Source: Syntrophorhabdaceae bacterium
GTDB taxonomy: Bacteria; Desulfobacterota; Syntrophorhabdia; Syntrophorhabdales; Syntrophorhabdaceae
Assembly: GCA_963665295.1 (NCBI GenBank)
Contig: OY762209.1
Span: 3,232,001-3,296,000, forward strand
Direction of reading: 5' to 3'
Length of the DNA stretch: 64,000 bases
Shown piece by piece: positions 39,057 to 48,297 of the stretch (position 1 is its first letter; the number at the start of each line of letters is the position of its first letter). Below the pieces are notes generated by a model that had not been told where the DNA came from, made no database searches, and saw only the letters and a program-made list of their open reading frames with translations. Both the position numbers and the translations under genes were made by a program.

Positions 39057-39521
39057 ATGAAAAAGATTATTTGTGTCCTGTCGGTCTTCTTTGTTTTTGG
39101 TCTCACGCTGGTTTCTGTATCTTTTGCCCAAAGGGGGCAGATGGGCAAATGGCAGGGAAGCGGCGGCTGGGGTCCGGACGCACCCTACCAGCGGCTGTAT
39201 GACCCGGCCAAGGTGGAAACAATCACGGGAACGGTTGAGTCCGTGGAGAGGATAAAGCCAGATAAAGGCATGTATCCGGCGGTAACTCTCACGGTGAAGA
39301 CGGAGAAGGAGACGATACTCGTTCATCTGGGGCCGGCGTGGTATATCGGACGGCTGGATACCAAGATTGAAAAGGGAGATAAGCTGGAGATAAAAGGATC
39401 ACGGGTGACCTTCAACGGAAAGCCCGTCATCATAGCGGCGGAGATAAAGAAGGGCGAGAGCACCCTTGTCCTCCGGGACAGTGACGGCATTCCCGTGTGG
39501 GCAGGCTGGAGAAGAAAGTAA
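39057..39521 (+). CDS. Exported small beta-rich (OB-fold-like) protein
   Basis: Signal peptide; YDP..VETI.GTV, VHLGPAWY, LRD..GIP.W. Confidence 0.7.
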   Translation: MKKIICVLSVFFVFGLTLVSVSFAQRGQMGKWQGSGGWGPDAPYQRLYDPAKVETITGTVESVERIKPDKGMYPAVTLTVKTEKETILVHLGPAWYIGRLDTKIEKGDKLEIKGSRVTFNGKPVIIAAEIKKGESTLVLRDSDGIPVWAGWRRK

Positions 39522-39675
39522 CCGGGACAAGCCCGGGCGGCCCCACCTCGATGCGGTGTAGGGTCATCCGGGCTTAGAACAAAGCCCGGTTCACGGGCTG
39601 CTATGGTCCGCAAGGAGACAATTCGTTTATCAGACCAACCGGCATTCTGCAATGGTGCCGCCCCTGCCCGCCGGC

Positions 39676-40413
39676 TTACTTGCTTTCAAAGCCGTATTTT
39701 GCAATGATCCCCTTGGCCTTACCCGACTGCAGGAAGGAAGAGAAGCGCCCTACGTCGGGGTTTGCGGCACCCGAAGGGGTGACTCCCATCAAATATACGA
39801 TCCGGGAATGGTACGCGCGGGGCACGGAGAAAAGGATAACTACACGCGTTGCGAGCAAAGCATCAGTTCTGTAAACAAACGCACCGTCTACCTCGCCCCG
39901 TTCGGCATAGGTAAGGCATTCGCGGACATCGCGGGCCATGACGAGTTTTTTCTCCAGTTGTTTTTCTATTCCAGCTTTCCTGAGCGTCTCCATGGCATAT
40001 TCTCCCGCAGGCACGCTCCCGGGGCTGCCGATGGCAATCTTGTCCAGCCGCACGAGGTCTTCAACGCCCGCCGCCTTCGTGGTACGGGGCCCGATGAAAA
40101 CCAGCGTGCTGTATGCCACGGGGACGATGCTCCGTGGGTTCACATGCTTCTTTTCCTTGAGATACTCCATCCATTTCACGTCCGGAAAAATGACCATGTC
40201 AAGAGCTGCGCCACTGTCGAGCTGTTTTGCAAGCACCCCAGCCGCCGCATAGTTTTTTACGACGTTGATCGACGGGTTTTCCTCCACGAAGGCGACGGAA
40301 AGCTCATTGACGACTTCCCTTAGACCGACCCCGGCCCCCACCTTTATCTCTCCCGCCAATGCGGAAAAAGGGAGGAAGAGGAGCATTGCTGCGGATAAAA
40401 TGTGTTTCATCAT
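39676..40413 (-). CDS. modA: Molybdate ABC transporter substrate-binding protein
   Basis: SVPAGEYA, DVRECL.YAERGEVD..FVY.TDA, YGF; signal peptide. Confidence 0.85.
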   Translation of the reverse strand: MMKHILSAAMLLFLPFSALAGEIKVGAGVGLREVVNELSVAFVEENPSINVVKNYAAAGVLAKQLDSGAALDMVIFPDVKWMEYLKEKKHVNPRSIVPVAYSTLVFIGPRTTKAAGVEDLVRLDKIAIGSPGSVPAGEYAMETLRKAGIEKQLEKKLVMARDVRECLTYAERGEVDGAFVYRTDALLATRVVILFSVPRAYHSRIVYLMGVTPSGAANPDVGRFSSFLQSGKAKGIIAKYGFESK

Positions 40414-40512
40414 AGAGCCTCCCCTAAGCCGGCCAACATGAGGTCGAGCATGCTCTCTGACCGCTACCCAGAGATCGCGTTCGTCACGGGGACCTGCCTT
40501 CCTACGGTAACT

Positions 40513-40788
40513 TCAGTGGCAGCGAACACACGGCAGATCGTAGCAGTCGTCTTCGCACATCCATGACCCGCCCTCTGCATCTTCCGGCCTGAAGGGCAGG
40601 ACTACATACCTGAGCTTATCCGTCTGTTCAACAACCTCCACATTAAGGCCTGCCGGCACAGTGATCCCGTATTCCTCCAATACCGCCTTGGGGTCTGCAA
40701 GGAACCTCTCCCGGAAGGACTCATCGCTGCAGGCCTTTTCAATTACCTTCGCCATTTTGCTTCTGTGTTCTCCTATTTCTTCTTTCAT
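40513..40788 (-). CDS. NHLP (nitrile-hydratase-leader) RiPP-precursor-like peptide
   Basis: VIEKA.SDESFRERFLADPKAVLEEYG..VP.GL.VEVVE......VLP leader, then GG and the core SWMCEDDCYDLPCVRCH. Confidence 0.75.
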   Translation of the reverse strand: MKEEIGEHRSKMAKVIEKACSDESFRERFLADPKAVLEEYGITVPAGLNVEVVEQTDKLRYVVLPFRPEDAEGGSWMCEDDCYDLPCVRCH

Positions 40789-41062
40789 CTTGCTCCTTTA
40801 TGAAATTCATCAAGAGTCTAAGGAAAAGTCGGTTCAACATGTGGTCTGCCCATTTCTATTGATATGCGTAATTCACGCAGGGAAAGATTCCTTGCTTCAG
40901 CAATATCTCGCTGCATTTGGTGCGTCACGGCACGATCCTCCACCTCCATCATGTCCGTTCAGGCCGGTCGGGACTTATGGCAAGCCCCGGCCTTAGCTCT
41001 TTACTTGAACACCCGCGGAGACGGTGTATGGGCTGTGAATGTAGTAATGGGGCGAGACTGTC

Positions 41063-41296
41063 CTAACCCCCGCAGCAGTGTCCAGGGCTGTCACACGAGC
41101 CTGGTGCACCACAGCATCCCCCCGAAGGAGGACCGAACGAAGAGGACGGCCCGCCCATGGAGATATTCGGCGCAGACATGAGCTTCGAAAGCTCCGGGCT
41201 GCCGCAGCTCTTGCATGACAGGCCCTCTTCCTTCCCCAACACCAGAATTTCGTTCACCGCGCCACACTTCTCGCAACGGTATTCATAGATCGGCAT
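41063..41296 (-). CDS. FmdB family zinc-ribbon protein
   Basis: MPIYEYRCEKCG...CKSCGS. Confidence 0.85.
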   Translation of the reverse strand: MPIYEYRCEKCGAVNEILVLGKEEGLSCKSCGSPELSKLMSAPNISMGGPSSSFGPPSGGCCGAPGSCDSPGHCCGG

Positions 41297-41334
41297 TTTC
41301 GCCTCCTTTGTGAGTCTTTTCGGCCATTGAAGCC

Positions 41335-41715
41335 TTAATGAGCGCAGCCGCCATCCTGGCTATGTCCTGCGCAGGCGTGCTGCATGGTGAGTTCCGGGAG
41401 CCCGGTGGTCGTGAGCAGGTCCAGGTTCTCTTTGACCGTGGGGGCCATTGCCCTGTAGACCGTAATGCCCTTCGAGTTGAGCCCTCTTATTGCTCCGGCT
41501 CCTATTCCGCCGACAACGACCGCATCCACATCCTGACCACCCATGGCCATAATGGGGTTGCATGCGCCATGGACATGGTCCATATCCGCATTGTTCACGG
41601 TCCGCGACTCGTCCGCGGCGGTATCGATAACGATGAATGCCGGCGCTGAACCGAAATGGTTGTAGACCATACTCTGAATGCCCTCATCCTTCTGCACTGC
41701 AAAACATACTTTCAT
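41335..41715 (-). CDS. NifB/NifX-like protein
   Basis: HFGSAPAF, HGAC.P, VGGIG.GA; terminal GCAH. Confidence 0.85.
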   Translation of the reverse strand: MKVCFAVQKDEGIQSMVYNHFGSAPAFIVIDTAADESRTVNNADMDHVHGACNPIMAMGGQDVDAVVVGGIGAGAIRGLNSKGITVYRAMAPTVKENLDLLTTTGLPELTMQHACAGHSQDGGCAH

Positions 41716-42011
41716 ATTGTGACCTCCGGTTCGTTTGTTATTTCTATTTTCAAGGCCTTGCCTTCGACAAGGGCCTCTGCCACCTTGCGCCGTGCTTCTC
41801 CTAAAATCCTGCTGAACGTTGGTCTTGATACGCTCATTTTCATAGCGGCCTGCTCATGATACAAACCTTCGTGATCGGCAAGCCTTACCGCTTCCAGCTC
41901 ATCAGCGTTGATGCATACCACTTCCAGATCCACAAGACGTATGCCCCTTGGCTTAAAGTAGGGCACATTGGATCGGCACTCCACACATCTATGTTTCTTG
42001 GGTCTCGGCAT
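41712..42011 (-). CDS. DUF134 HTH protein
   Basis: MPRPKK.R, YFKPRG, ELEAVRLAD, MSVSRPTF. Confidence 0.88.
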   Translation of the reverse strand: MPRPKKHRCVECRSNVPYFKPRGIRLVDLEVVCINADELEAVRLADHEGLYHEQAAMKMSVSRPTFSRILGEARRKVAEALVEGKALKIEITNEPEVTI

Positions 42012-42017
42012 GTGTAT

Positions 42018-42047
42018 ATTATAGACATATGTTCATAATCATGTCAA
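42018..42047 (-). promoter_or_regulatory. Sigma70 promoter with overlapping palindromic operator; leaderless transcript likely
   Basis: Minus strand TTGACA-N18-TATAAT-N6-ATG; the imperfect palindrome TTATGAACATATGTCTATAA overlaps it. Confidence 0.7.
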
Positions 42048-42120
42048 CGCCCGAAGAATCATTTTCACCGTTGTGCCCATCAATTCCAGGTGAGGTCGTA
42101 GACGAGGGGAGGACTTCACG

Positions 42121-42981
42121 TCAGTAAAGATAGGGGTCTTTAGGGACGGGGATGCCGGTCATTGACGCTTTTCTCACTATGACGCCTGTTCGCCCGCCCA
42201 CCTTTATGGTATCTACGAGTCCCTCCACTCGCACCCATGCGTTTTGGCGGGGTCTCTCCGTCTCCCCATTTTCGACCAGGATGGCAGCGGGCTGGGCGTC
42301 CGCCACGCAGCACACTACCACAAAACGGAACAGGTAAAACCTGTTTATGCTTCTTTCGTCCCATGCCACCACTCCTTCGGTTATTACTCGGGACCCACGG
42401 AAGCGATCACTAAATTCATTCAAATCATAGAGATCTGCTTCCACGGCACCCTTTCTTGCCCCGGTGGCAGGGGAGGGTTCTTTCGCTGAGGGTGCCATGC
42501 CCAGCATTTTCCGGAGGCCCCTCGGTACTTGCGGCGGGCCAGAATTCCGGTAATTCTCCACTAATTGTTGGTAATCATCATCTTCTGTTTCTGCCATATC
42601 GGAAGTATTGTCCTGGAGGCCCTTCCTTTGGGGCTGGGCGATGTTCAATTGCGCACCTGCCGATCGCTTGGCAAACGCCTGGCAGTCAAGCACTGCGCCG
42701 CTTGTCATGGCTGCATAGACCAAGGGAAGGATCAGAATAAGCGCCCTTACCATCGAAGTAGTCCTGGAGATGTTCGTTCCGGCTGATTTGCGTCTTGCCA
42801 GGGCAACACACATGACCACTAAGAGGACCAGCCCTGCCATGAGACTCACTCCAAAGGTGGGCCCGAGAAAGTACCGGTACCTTCCCCCATTTATCAAAAA
42901 AAGGAACGCCCCCGCCCATATGCTCAGGACCAGAATGTCCGCGATTCCTCCCGGTCCCGGAAATGGCCTCGCCTTACCCAC
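42121..42981 (-). CDS. DUF1980/TIGR03943-type permease partner
   Basis: Three TM segments, RFVVVCCVADA, WVRVEG, P.PKDPYLY. Confidence 0.8.
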   Translation of the reverse strand: MGKARPFPGPGGIADILVLSIWAGAFLFLINGGRYRYFLGPTFGVSLMAGLVLLVVMCVALARRKSAGTNISRTTSMVRALILILPLVYAAMTSGAVLDCQAFAKRSAGAQLNIAQPQRKGLQDNTSDMAETEDDDYQQLVENYRNSGPPQVPRGLRKMLGMAPSAKEPSPATGARKGAVEADLYDLNEFSDRFRGSRVITEGVVAWDERSINRFYLFRFVVVCCVADAQPAAILVENGETERPRQNAWVRVEGLVDTIKVGGRTGVIVRKASMTGIPVPKDPYLY

Positions 42982-44077
42982 CGTTCTCTCCTTTGAAAAA
43001 GAAGTGCATATCAAAAGCCACGAGAAATACAAAGACTGCGACAATGGTGGCCAGAACCGCGACGAACCGACCCCTGAACAGACCCCGGTACATGAAAAGA
43101 AGTTTTATGTCGAGCATGGGGCCAAGGAGCATGAAAGCCATCTGAGCCGCGAAGGGCCAGACGTACCTCATTGAGGCGGCGACAAAGGCATCGGCTTCCG
43201 AGCACAGGTTCAAGCCGACGGCCATAGCCATGGCAGATACAATGGATAGAACAGGTGAGCCGGTAAGACCGGCAAGCAGTCCCCGTGGAAGCACGGTGTG
43301 AATCAAAGCTGCCGCAAAAGCACCCATCACCAGGAATCTGCCGGCGTCGAGAAAGTCGTCGGCCCCGTGGGCAAGTGCGTCCCATACCGGCGACTTCTGC
43401 GCCTTTGGGTCTGTTCCATGAACCGATCCATGAGGGCCGTGGTCTGATCCGCACCCGCACGAGGCGGCTCCCTCTTCCTCCAAAGTGTTTTCGCGAAGCA
43501 TAATCTTCGCAAATTTTTCCTGGAACAACCATTGTAAGAGAAGACTTATGGAAACGCCCAAACCGTATCCGCAGGCGACACGGATGAGCGCCGTGGACCA
43601 TTGAAAGGAATAAGCGGTTCCGGTGGACAAAAACACTATCGGGTTCGCAATCGGGCCAGAGAGGAGGTAGGCAAGGGCCGCGGCAGGAGATACCCCCTTG
43701 CCGATCAGACGCCTGACGACAGGAACTACCGCACATTCACAGATGGGAAAAACAAGTCCGAGGCCTGCCGCGCAAAACACACCCCTTTTCCCCACGGGGA
43801 TAAGCTTCGTCATCCGTTCCCGTGAAACAAAGACCTCCACCAGACCACCCGCAAGGCTGCCGAGCAACATGAAGGGGAGTGCCTCCAACACGATCGCCGA
43901 GAAGGTTACGGACAGCGTCCTGAAAAGGGAGTCTTTCCTCCAAAGAAGGAGCGCAGCGAGAGCGCAAACCACGAAAACTCCCTCTGCCGCTGTTCCGGCT
44001 CCCGGCCATGTGGCACGCCGCGAACCGGAACAGCACACGGAGTCCTCCGTCCTATGGTGATGGCGGTCGCCGCTCAT
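42974..44077 (-). CDS. DUF318/ArsP-type permease
   Basis: LEALPF, FPICECAVVP, LCSEADAFVA, GPMLDIK. Confidence 0.85.
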   Translation of the reverse strand: MSGDRHHHRTEDSVCCSGSRRATWPGAGTAAEGVFVVCALAALLLWRKDSLFRTLSVTFSAIVLEALPFMLLGSLAGGLVEVFVSRERMTKLIPVGKRGVFCAAGLGLVFPICECAVVPVVRRLIGKGVSPAAALAYLLSGPIANPIVFLSTGTAYSFQWSTALIRVACGYGLGVSISLLLQWLFQEKFAKIMLRENTLEEEGAASCGCGSDHGPHGSVHGTDPKAQKSPVWDALAHGADDFLDAGRFLVMGAFAAALIHTVLPRGLLAGLTGSPVLSIVSAMAMAVGLNLCSEADAFVAASMRYVWPFAAQMAFMLLGPMLDIKLLFMYRGLFRGRFVAVLATIVAVFVFLVAFDMHFFFKGENGG

Positions 44078-44093
44078 CGGGCCACCAGTCTTG

Positions 44094-45092
44094 CTATTCC
44101 CCCTTGCATTTCAGCCCTGCTCTCAGACTCGTGAGATTCTGCTCCATGAGATGTATGAATGTTACGCCCTGGTTCATCTCGTCTTTGGTGATGTTATGGG
44201 CGCCATGGAGCTTAAGTAGTTTCGACTTCGTATCCTTTGCTAACACGTCTGCTGTCCGGGGTTCAATCAGCTCTTCGTAGAAAACCGTGTCTACACCGTG
44301 CATCTTGAGCTTTTTCCTCAGTTCCATTAATCGTTTGGCGGTCGGCTCCGCATCAGGCGAGCCGGAATAGGCCGACTCATAAACGAGTCCATATCGGCTG
44401 GCAAGGTAGTTGAATGCAAAATGACCCCCATGAATTATGATTCTTTTCTCGCACGTTGCGAGAGTTTCCCGGTATGTCCGGTCAAGATACGCCAGCCTTG
44501 CTTTATATTCGGACGCATTCTTCAAGTAAATGTCTTTATGAGCGGGGTCTTTTGCTGCAAAACCGACGGCAATCGTGTCCACCATGTTCTGAGCGTTGGC
44601 GAAGTCAAGCCAGATGTGAGGGTCAAGGTTGCCGTGATGATGATGGGATTGCTCTCCTTCGTGGTGACCCTCGGCGTGGCCACGCGCCTCCTTCTCATGG
44701 TGGTCTTCCTTTATTTTCATGAGCGTGATACCCTCACTCGCGTCAACCACCCGGAGCCGTTCCGATCTTACTCCGGTGAGAAACCTTTGAACCCATGGTT
44801 CCATGGCATCTCCGGTGTAGACAAACAGGTCGGCCTCCTTCACCTTCATCACATCGCCCGGCTTGGGTTCAAAACTATGCACTTCAATGCCGGGCGGGAT
44901 AAGCATCGACACCCGTGCCTTGTCCCCTCCCACATTCTTCGCAAAATCAAAGAGCGGGAACAGAGTCGTAATGACCGTTATCTTCCCTGTAGAGGGCTGT
45001 TCGGCTCTCCTTTCACAACCACCGGCCATAATCACAAGGCCGAGAGCAATCACAATAATCGAGAATTGTTTTATTCTTTTTATGCCCAACAC
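44094..45092 (-). CDS. znuA: Zn/Mn ABC transporter substrate-binding lipoprotein
   Basis: Lipobox MAGGC, EVHSFEP, His-rich loop, DPHIWL, H.AFNY. Confidence 0.85.
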   Translation of the reverse strand: MLGIKRIKQFSIIVIALGLVIMAGGCERRAEQPSTGKITVITTLFPLFDFAKNVGGDKARVSMLIPPGIEVHSFEPKPGDVMKVKEADLFVYTGDAMEPWVQRFLTGVRSERLRVVDASEGITLMKIKEDHHEKEARGHAEGHHEGEQSHHHHGNLDPHIWLDFANAQNMVDTIAVGFAAKDPAHKDIYLKNASEYKARLAYLDRTYRETLATCEKRIIIHGGHFAFNYLASRYGLVYESAYSGSPDAEPTAKRLMELRKKLKMHGVDTVFYEELIEPRTADVLAKDTKSKLLKLHGAHNITKDEMNQGVTFIHLMEQNLTSLRAGLKCKGE

Positions 45093-45262
45093 AAAGCCCT
45101 CCTCATTTGTAAGTGAGATAAAAACTTAAGCAGTGGACAGGAGCCATTGGTCTGTTTTAGAGGTCGTCCTTATCCAAGCAAACCGCAAGGCCCCTCTCGA
45201 CGACCGTAACGTTGCTTTTAGAAGTGTTCCTGCCTGAAAGAAATCAAAAAAGGATTAACCGA

Positions 45263-45541
45263 TCAGATGATGCGATGCGGCGGAGCGCGACTACAGGGTT
45301 TAGCCCGGAAACCGAAGGAATCCGGCAAATATGATGGGGAGACGGGTTTTTCAGGGAAAAGAGGGAGGGCGAAGGCGACTGCATGCTCGCCCAGACCCGG
45401 AACTACAGAGTGGCTAAGAAAAAAGCAGAGTGCGCAGTCAGTATGAGCGGAGTCGCCATCATTATGATGATGAAGACAACCTACCCCAAGGGCAAATAGG
45501 AATAGCACAATAATTGCAACTATTCCAAACCGCTTACACAT
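45263..45541 (-). CDS. DUF2946/CutF-like leader protein (His-rich, CxxC, RAPP)
   Basis: Hydrophobic N-terminus, HHH..H.DCALC, terminal SRAPPHRII. Confidence 0.7.
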   Translation of the reverse strand: MCKRFGIVAIIVLFLFALGVGCLHHHNDGDSAHTDCALCFFLSHSVVPGLGEHAVAFALPLFPEKPVSPSYLPDSFGFRAKPCSRAPPHRII

Positions 45542-45826
45542 ACTGCCTTAACCTCCGACTCGCAAGAAAACTGACAATCAAGACGAGTTAACAATCATCT
45601 ATCATGAGGCATAGAGAGAAGTCAACCCCGGTGGCTTGATATTTCCCGCTCTTAAGGGCACCCTGAGATCGTGGCATATGGGAGTTGCAGCCGGACGAGA
45701 ATAATAATAGGCATCCTCGGGGGGGGGCGGATGACCTTTCCTTGTCGGCTGGAAAGAAGGAATGGGCCTGCTTTACAAGGCTTTCCCGTAGCGATATTAT
45801 CAAGAAAAACATAAGGGGTGTTTATT

Positions 45827-46378
45827 ATGAAAGAGGAGATGGATCGGAGAGAGTTTTTAAAAACGACTGCCGCTGCGGGAGCGGTCTTAATGGCGGGAGG
45901 TATTATGGGCGGAACGAAGAGCGCGTGGGGATTGGTGAAAATCCCAGAGGTAGACAGGGTAGCCATTACGATCATCACGGATAACTATTATGACGCGCTG
46001 AGACCTGACGTAGCGGTGACAAAAAGGTTCCGCACTCAGCCCGGCAAATGGATGCATGCGGAACATGGCCTGTCCTACTTCGTTGAAACGGCATCGAAGG
46101 GCAAAACGAGCGCTTTCATGTTCGACTATGGCCTCGATGCTCTGGGGGTCAACAGGAATATGGAAGTCCTTGGCATCGATGTGGGAAAGGCGGATGCCTT
46201 CGGCTTAAGCCATGGCCACTTCGACCACTGGGGCGCGCTCGTTGAGACCCTTACCATGAACAAGTCTAAGATATGGAAGGGAGCGCCCCTGTACCTGGGT
46301 GAAGAGGCTTTCGAGAGAAGATGCTCCCTCGTGCCGGGCACCACGAACAGGCTGGATATCGGCCAACTGTCGAAGTAG
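45827..46378 (+). pseudogene. Truncated Tat-exported MBL-fold hydrolase (paralog of 12080-13033)
   Basis: DRREFLK, VKIPEVD..ITDNYYD.LRP, SHGHFDHW; stops at DIGQLSK, before the C-terminal metal ligands. Confidence 0.75.
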
Positions 46379-46502
46379 GCCGGCCTGACATGAAAGCATT
46401 CTCCCCGAGCAAGAGGGCGGTGAAAAAGTGAAAGGACCGACCCGATCGGGGTTGGGCCGGCCCTGAAGCGTGATGCCTGGTTCCGGGAAAACTTGTCTCC
46501 CT

Positions 46503-46946
46503 TTAGATATATGTGCCCATGATGTACTTGTTGAGGTAGTCGATTTCTATCCTCTGTTCCCGGACAATCGCCTTGACTACATCGCCTATCGAGACGAGTC
46601 CGACCAACTTTCCTTTGTCAAGAACCGGAAGGTGTCTGATGCGTTTCTCGGTCATAAGGGAAATACATTCGTCAACCGTGGTAGAGGATGATACAACGTA
46701 GAGGTCTTTGGTCATGATGTCCCTCGTAAAGGTCTCTTTTGAAGATTTTCCTTCGAGTATAACTTTCCGCGCATAGTCACGCTCCGATATTATCCCCGCT
46801 ACATTGCCTCCTTCGTCAAGCACGACCGTTGCTCCTACGCCCTTTTCCTGCATCAACTGGAGTGCCCTGTAAACCAGGGTATCGGTTGAGATGGTCCATA
46901 CCTCGCTTCCCTTGCGTTCCAGAATCTGACTTACTGTGGTCTTCAT
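46503..46946 (-). CDS. CBS-domain protein
   Basis: GIISERDYARK, RIRHLPV, GLVSIGDVVK. Confidence 0.9.
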   Translation of the reverse strand: MKTTVSQILERKGSEVWTISTDTLVYRALQLMQEKGVGATVVLDEGGNVAGIISERDYARKVILEGKSSKETFTRDIMTKDLYVVSSSTTVDECISLMTEKRIRHLPVLDKGKLVGLVSIGDVVKAIVREQRIEIDYLNKYIMGTYI

Positions 46947-47418
46947 AACTACCCCCTTATAGATTTATTGGCTCCGGGCAACCCCCGGATTCACTCGTAT
47001 AAGACTTGACTGGTACGCCAATCCCTCCTTTACCTGCAGGGACAGAACGGCACAAAGCCTCCCCCTCTCACGTGGCTGCTGACCCCTGTTGTATACTGGT
47101 TTCCTGTTTTAGTACTACGGCAACAAATAAGAAGTCAAGAGTTAAAATATCAATAGATATACTATCAAAACATATAATTTGGGAAAAGATTATTTTGCAT
47201 ATCTTCCTCGGTTTCTATAATCAAGACCTACGGAGAAAACCATGGATAAAAACAGGATTTGGAAATAGAAATTTCTCCCATGTTGCCGGTTGTTCAATAA
47301 AAATAACATTGTTACGATGAGGATCAGATCAAATACTATCGGGTCCCTATTTCTGCCCACAAGGCTGGCGCCCCGGGGCGCCAGCCTTGTGGATTCTTAC
47401 CGCCCTTTACCACATGGG

Positions 47419-47853
47419 TCAGTTGCTGCCGCCAAAGCCCTGACCACCCCATCCTCGACCACCGCACCCGACCATCCGTGCACCATAACCGCGCCCCCCT
47501 GTGCCAGGGCCGAAACCTGCGGCAGGCAGCCCCTGCTTCTCGGCTGCGGTCTGTATTCTTGCCCTAATGTCGATCATCTCTTTCTGAAGAGTGGCTATAC
47601 GATCCTGATTGGGTTTCTCTTTCGTGTACTCGTTTCTGAGTTCGAGCCGTTTTGCCATCATCTCGTCCCTGAACGGAAGTGTCTCCTTCTGAAAGGCCCT
47701 GAATGCGTTAATGTCTACCTGTTTGCCCGCCGTTGGCCCGTACGCGTACCCGGGACAATAGGCGCATCCCATACCCCACCCTGCATGGACCGAGGTGCCG
47801 AGGAGAGCCAATCCGACGGCTGCCACTAAAGCCACTACCCACATCTTTTTCAT
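47419..47853 (-). CDS. Periplasmic Spy/CpxP/ZraP-like protein
   Basis: Signal peptide, F.KET.P.R..M..KR.EL..E, P...I..LQKE; Gly-rich tail; SD AAGGAGG. Confidence 0.75.
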   Translation of the reverse strand: MKKMWVVALVAAVGLALLGTSVHAGWGMGCAYCPGYAYGPTAGKQVDINAFRAFQKETLPFRDEMMAKRLELRNEYTKEKPNQDRIATLQKEMIDIRARIQTAAEKQGLPAAGFGPGTGGRGYGARMVGCGGRGWGGQGFGGSN

Positions 47854-48297
47854 TGCCTTTTTCCTCCTTCTTGGATTTCTTATGATAACAGTATAGGAAA
47901 ACAATGTGAATGGACGGCGAAGAGATTGTGAAATATTGTGAAGGCCGCATCCGCGATGGGGAATTGGTCCTGGTCCGGTAGTAAGAAGCGGTTTGTCCTT
48001 AAACAGGATATCGGAGATCATCTTCTGATGCACATTGCAACAAATCTATAAGCATGGGATGCTGCCCCATTACGATGAATATATATTGGTAGAAGGACTG
48101 AGTGGTGATTGCTGCAATGGAAATACTGGGAAGACATAGATGCCTTCAGGTAGGAGTACATTGAGGTTCACAGGCCTGCCAGTTCCTAACCGTATGTTTC
48201 TGCGCGCTCGCCCCCGGTGGTCCCTCTGGCCTGAAAGGATGGGTGTTTTCCACCGTCAGCGGAATGGTTACATAGAACTTTCCTATCGTCGGTGTTC

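Noticed and set aside
40414..40512. Moco riboswitch upstream of modA
   Set aside because: I could not recognise the consensus elements by eye; an Rfam scan would settle it.
40513..40540. c-type cytochrome from CVRCH
   Set aside because: There is no Sec signal peptide and the motif is at the extreme C-terminus of an NHLP-like peptide; kept only as a curiosity.
7945..41715. Nitrogen fixation cluster
   Set aside because: NifX- and NifU-like domains are present but nifHDK and nifEN are not.
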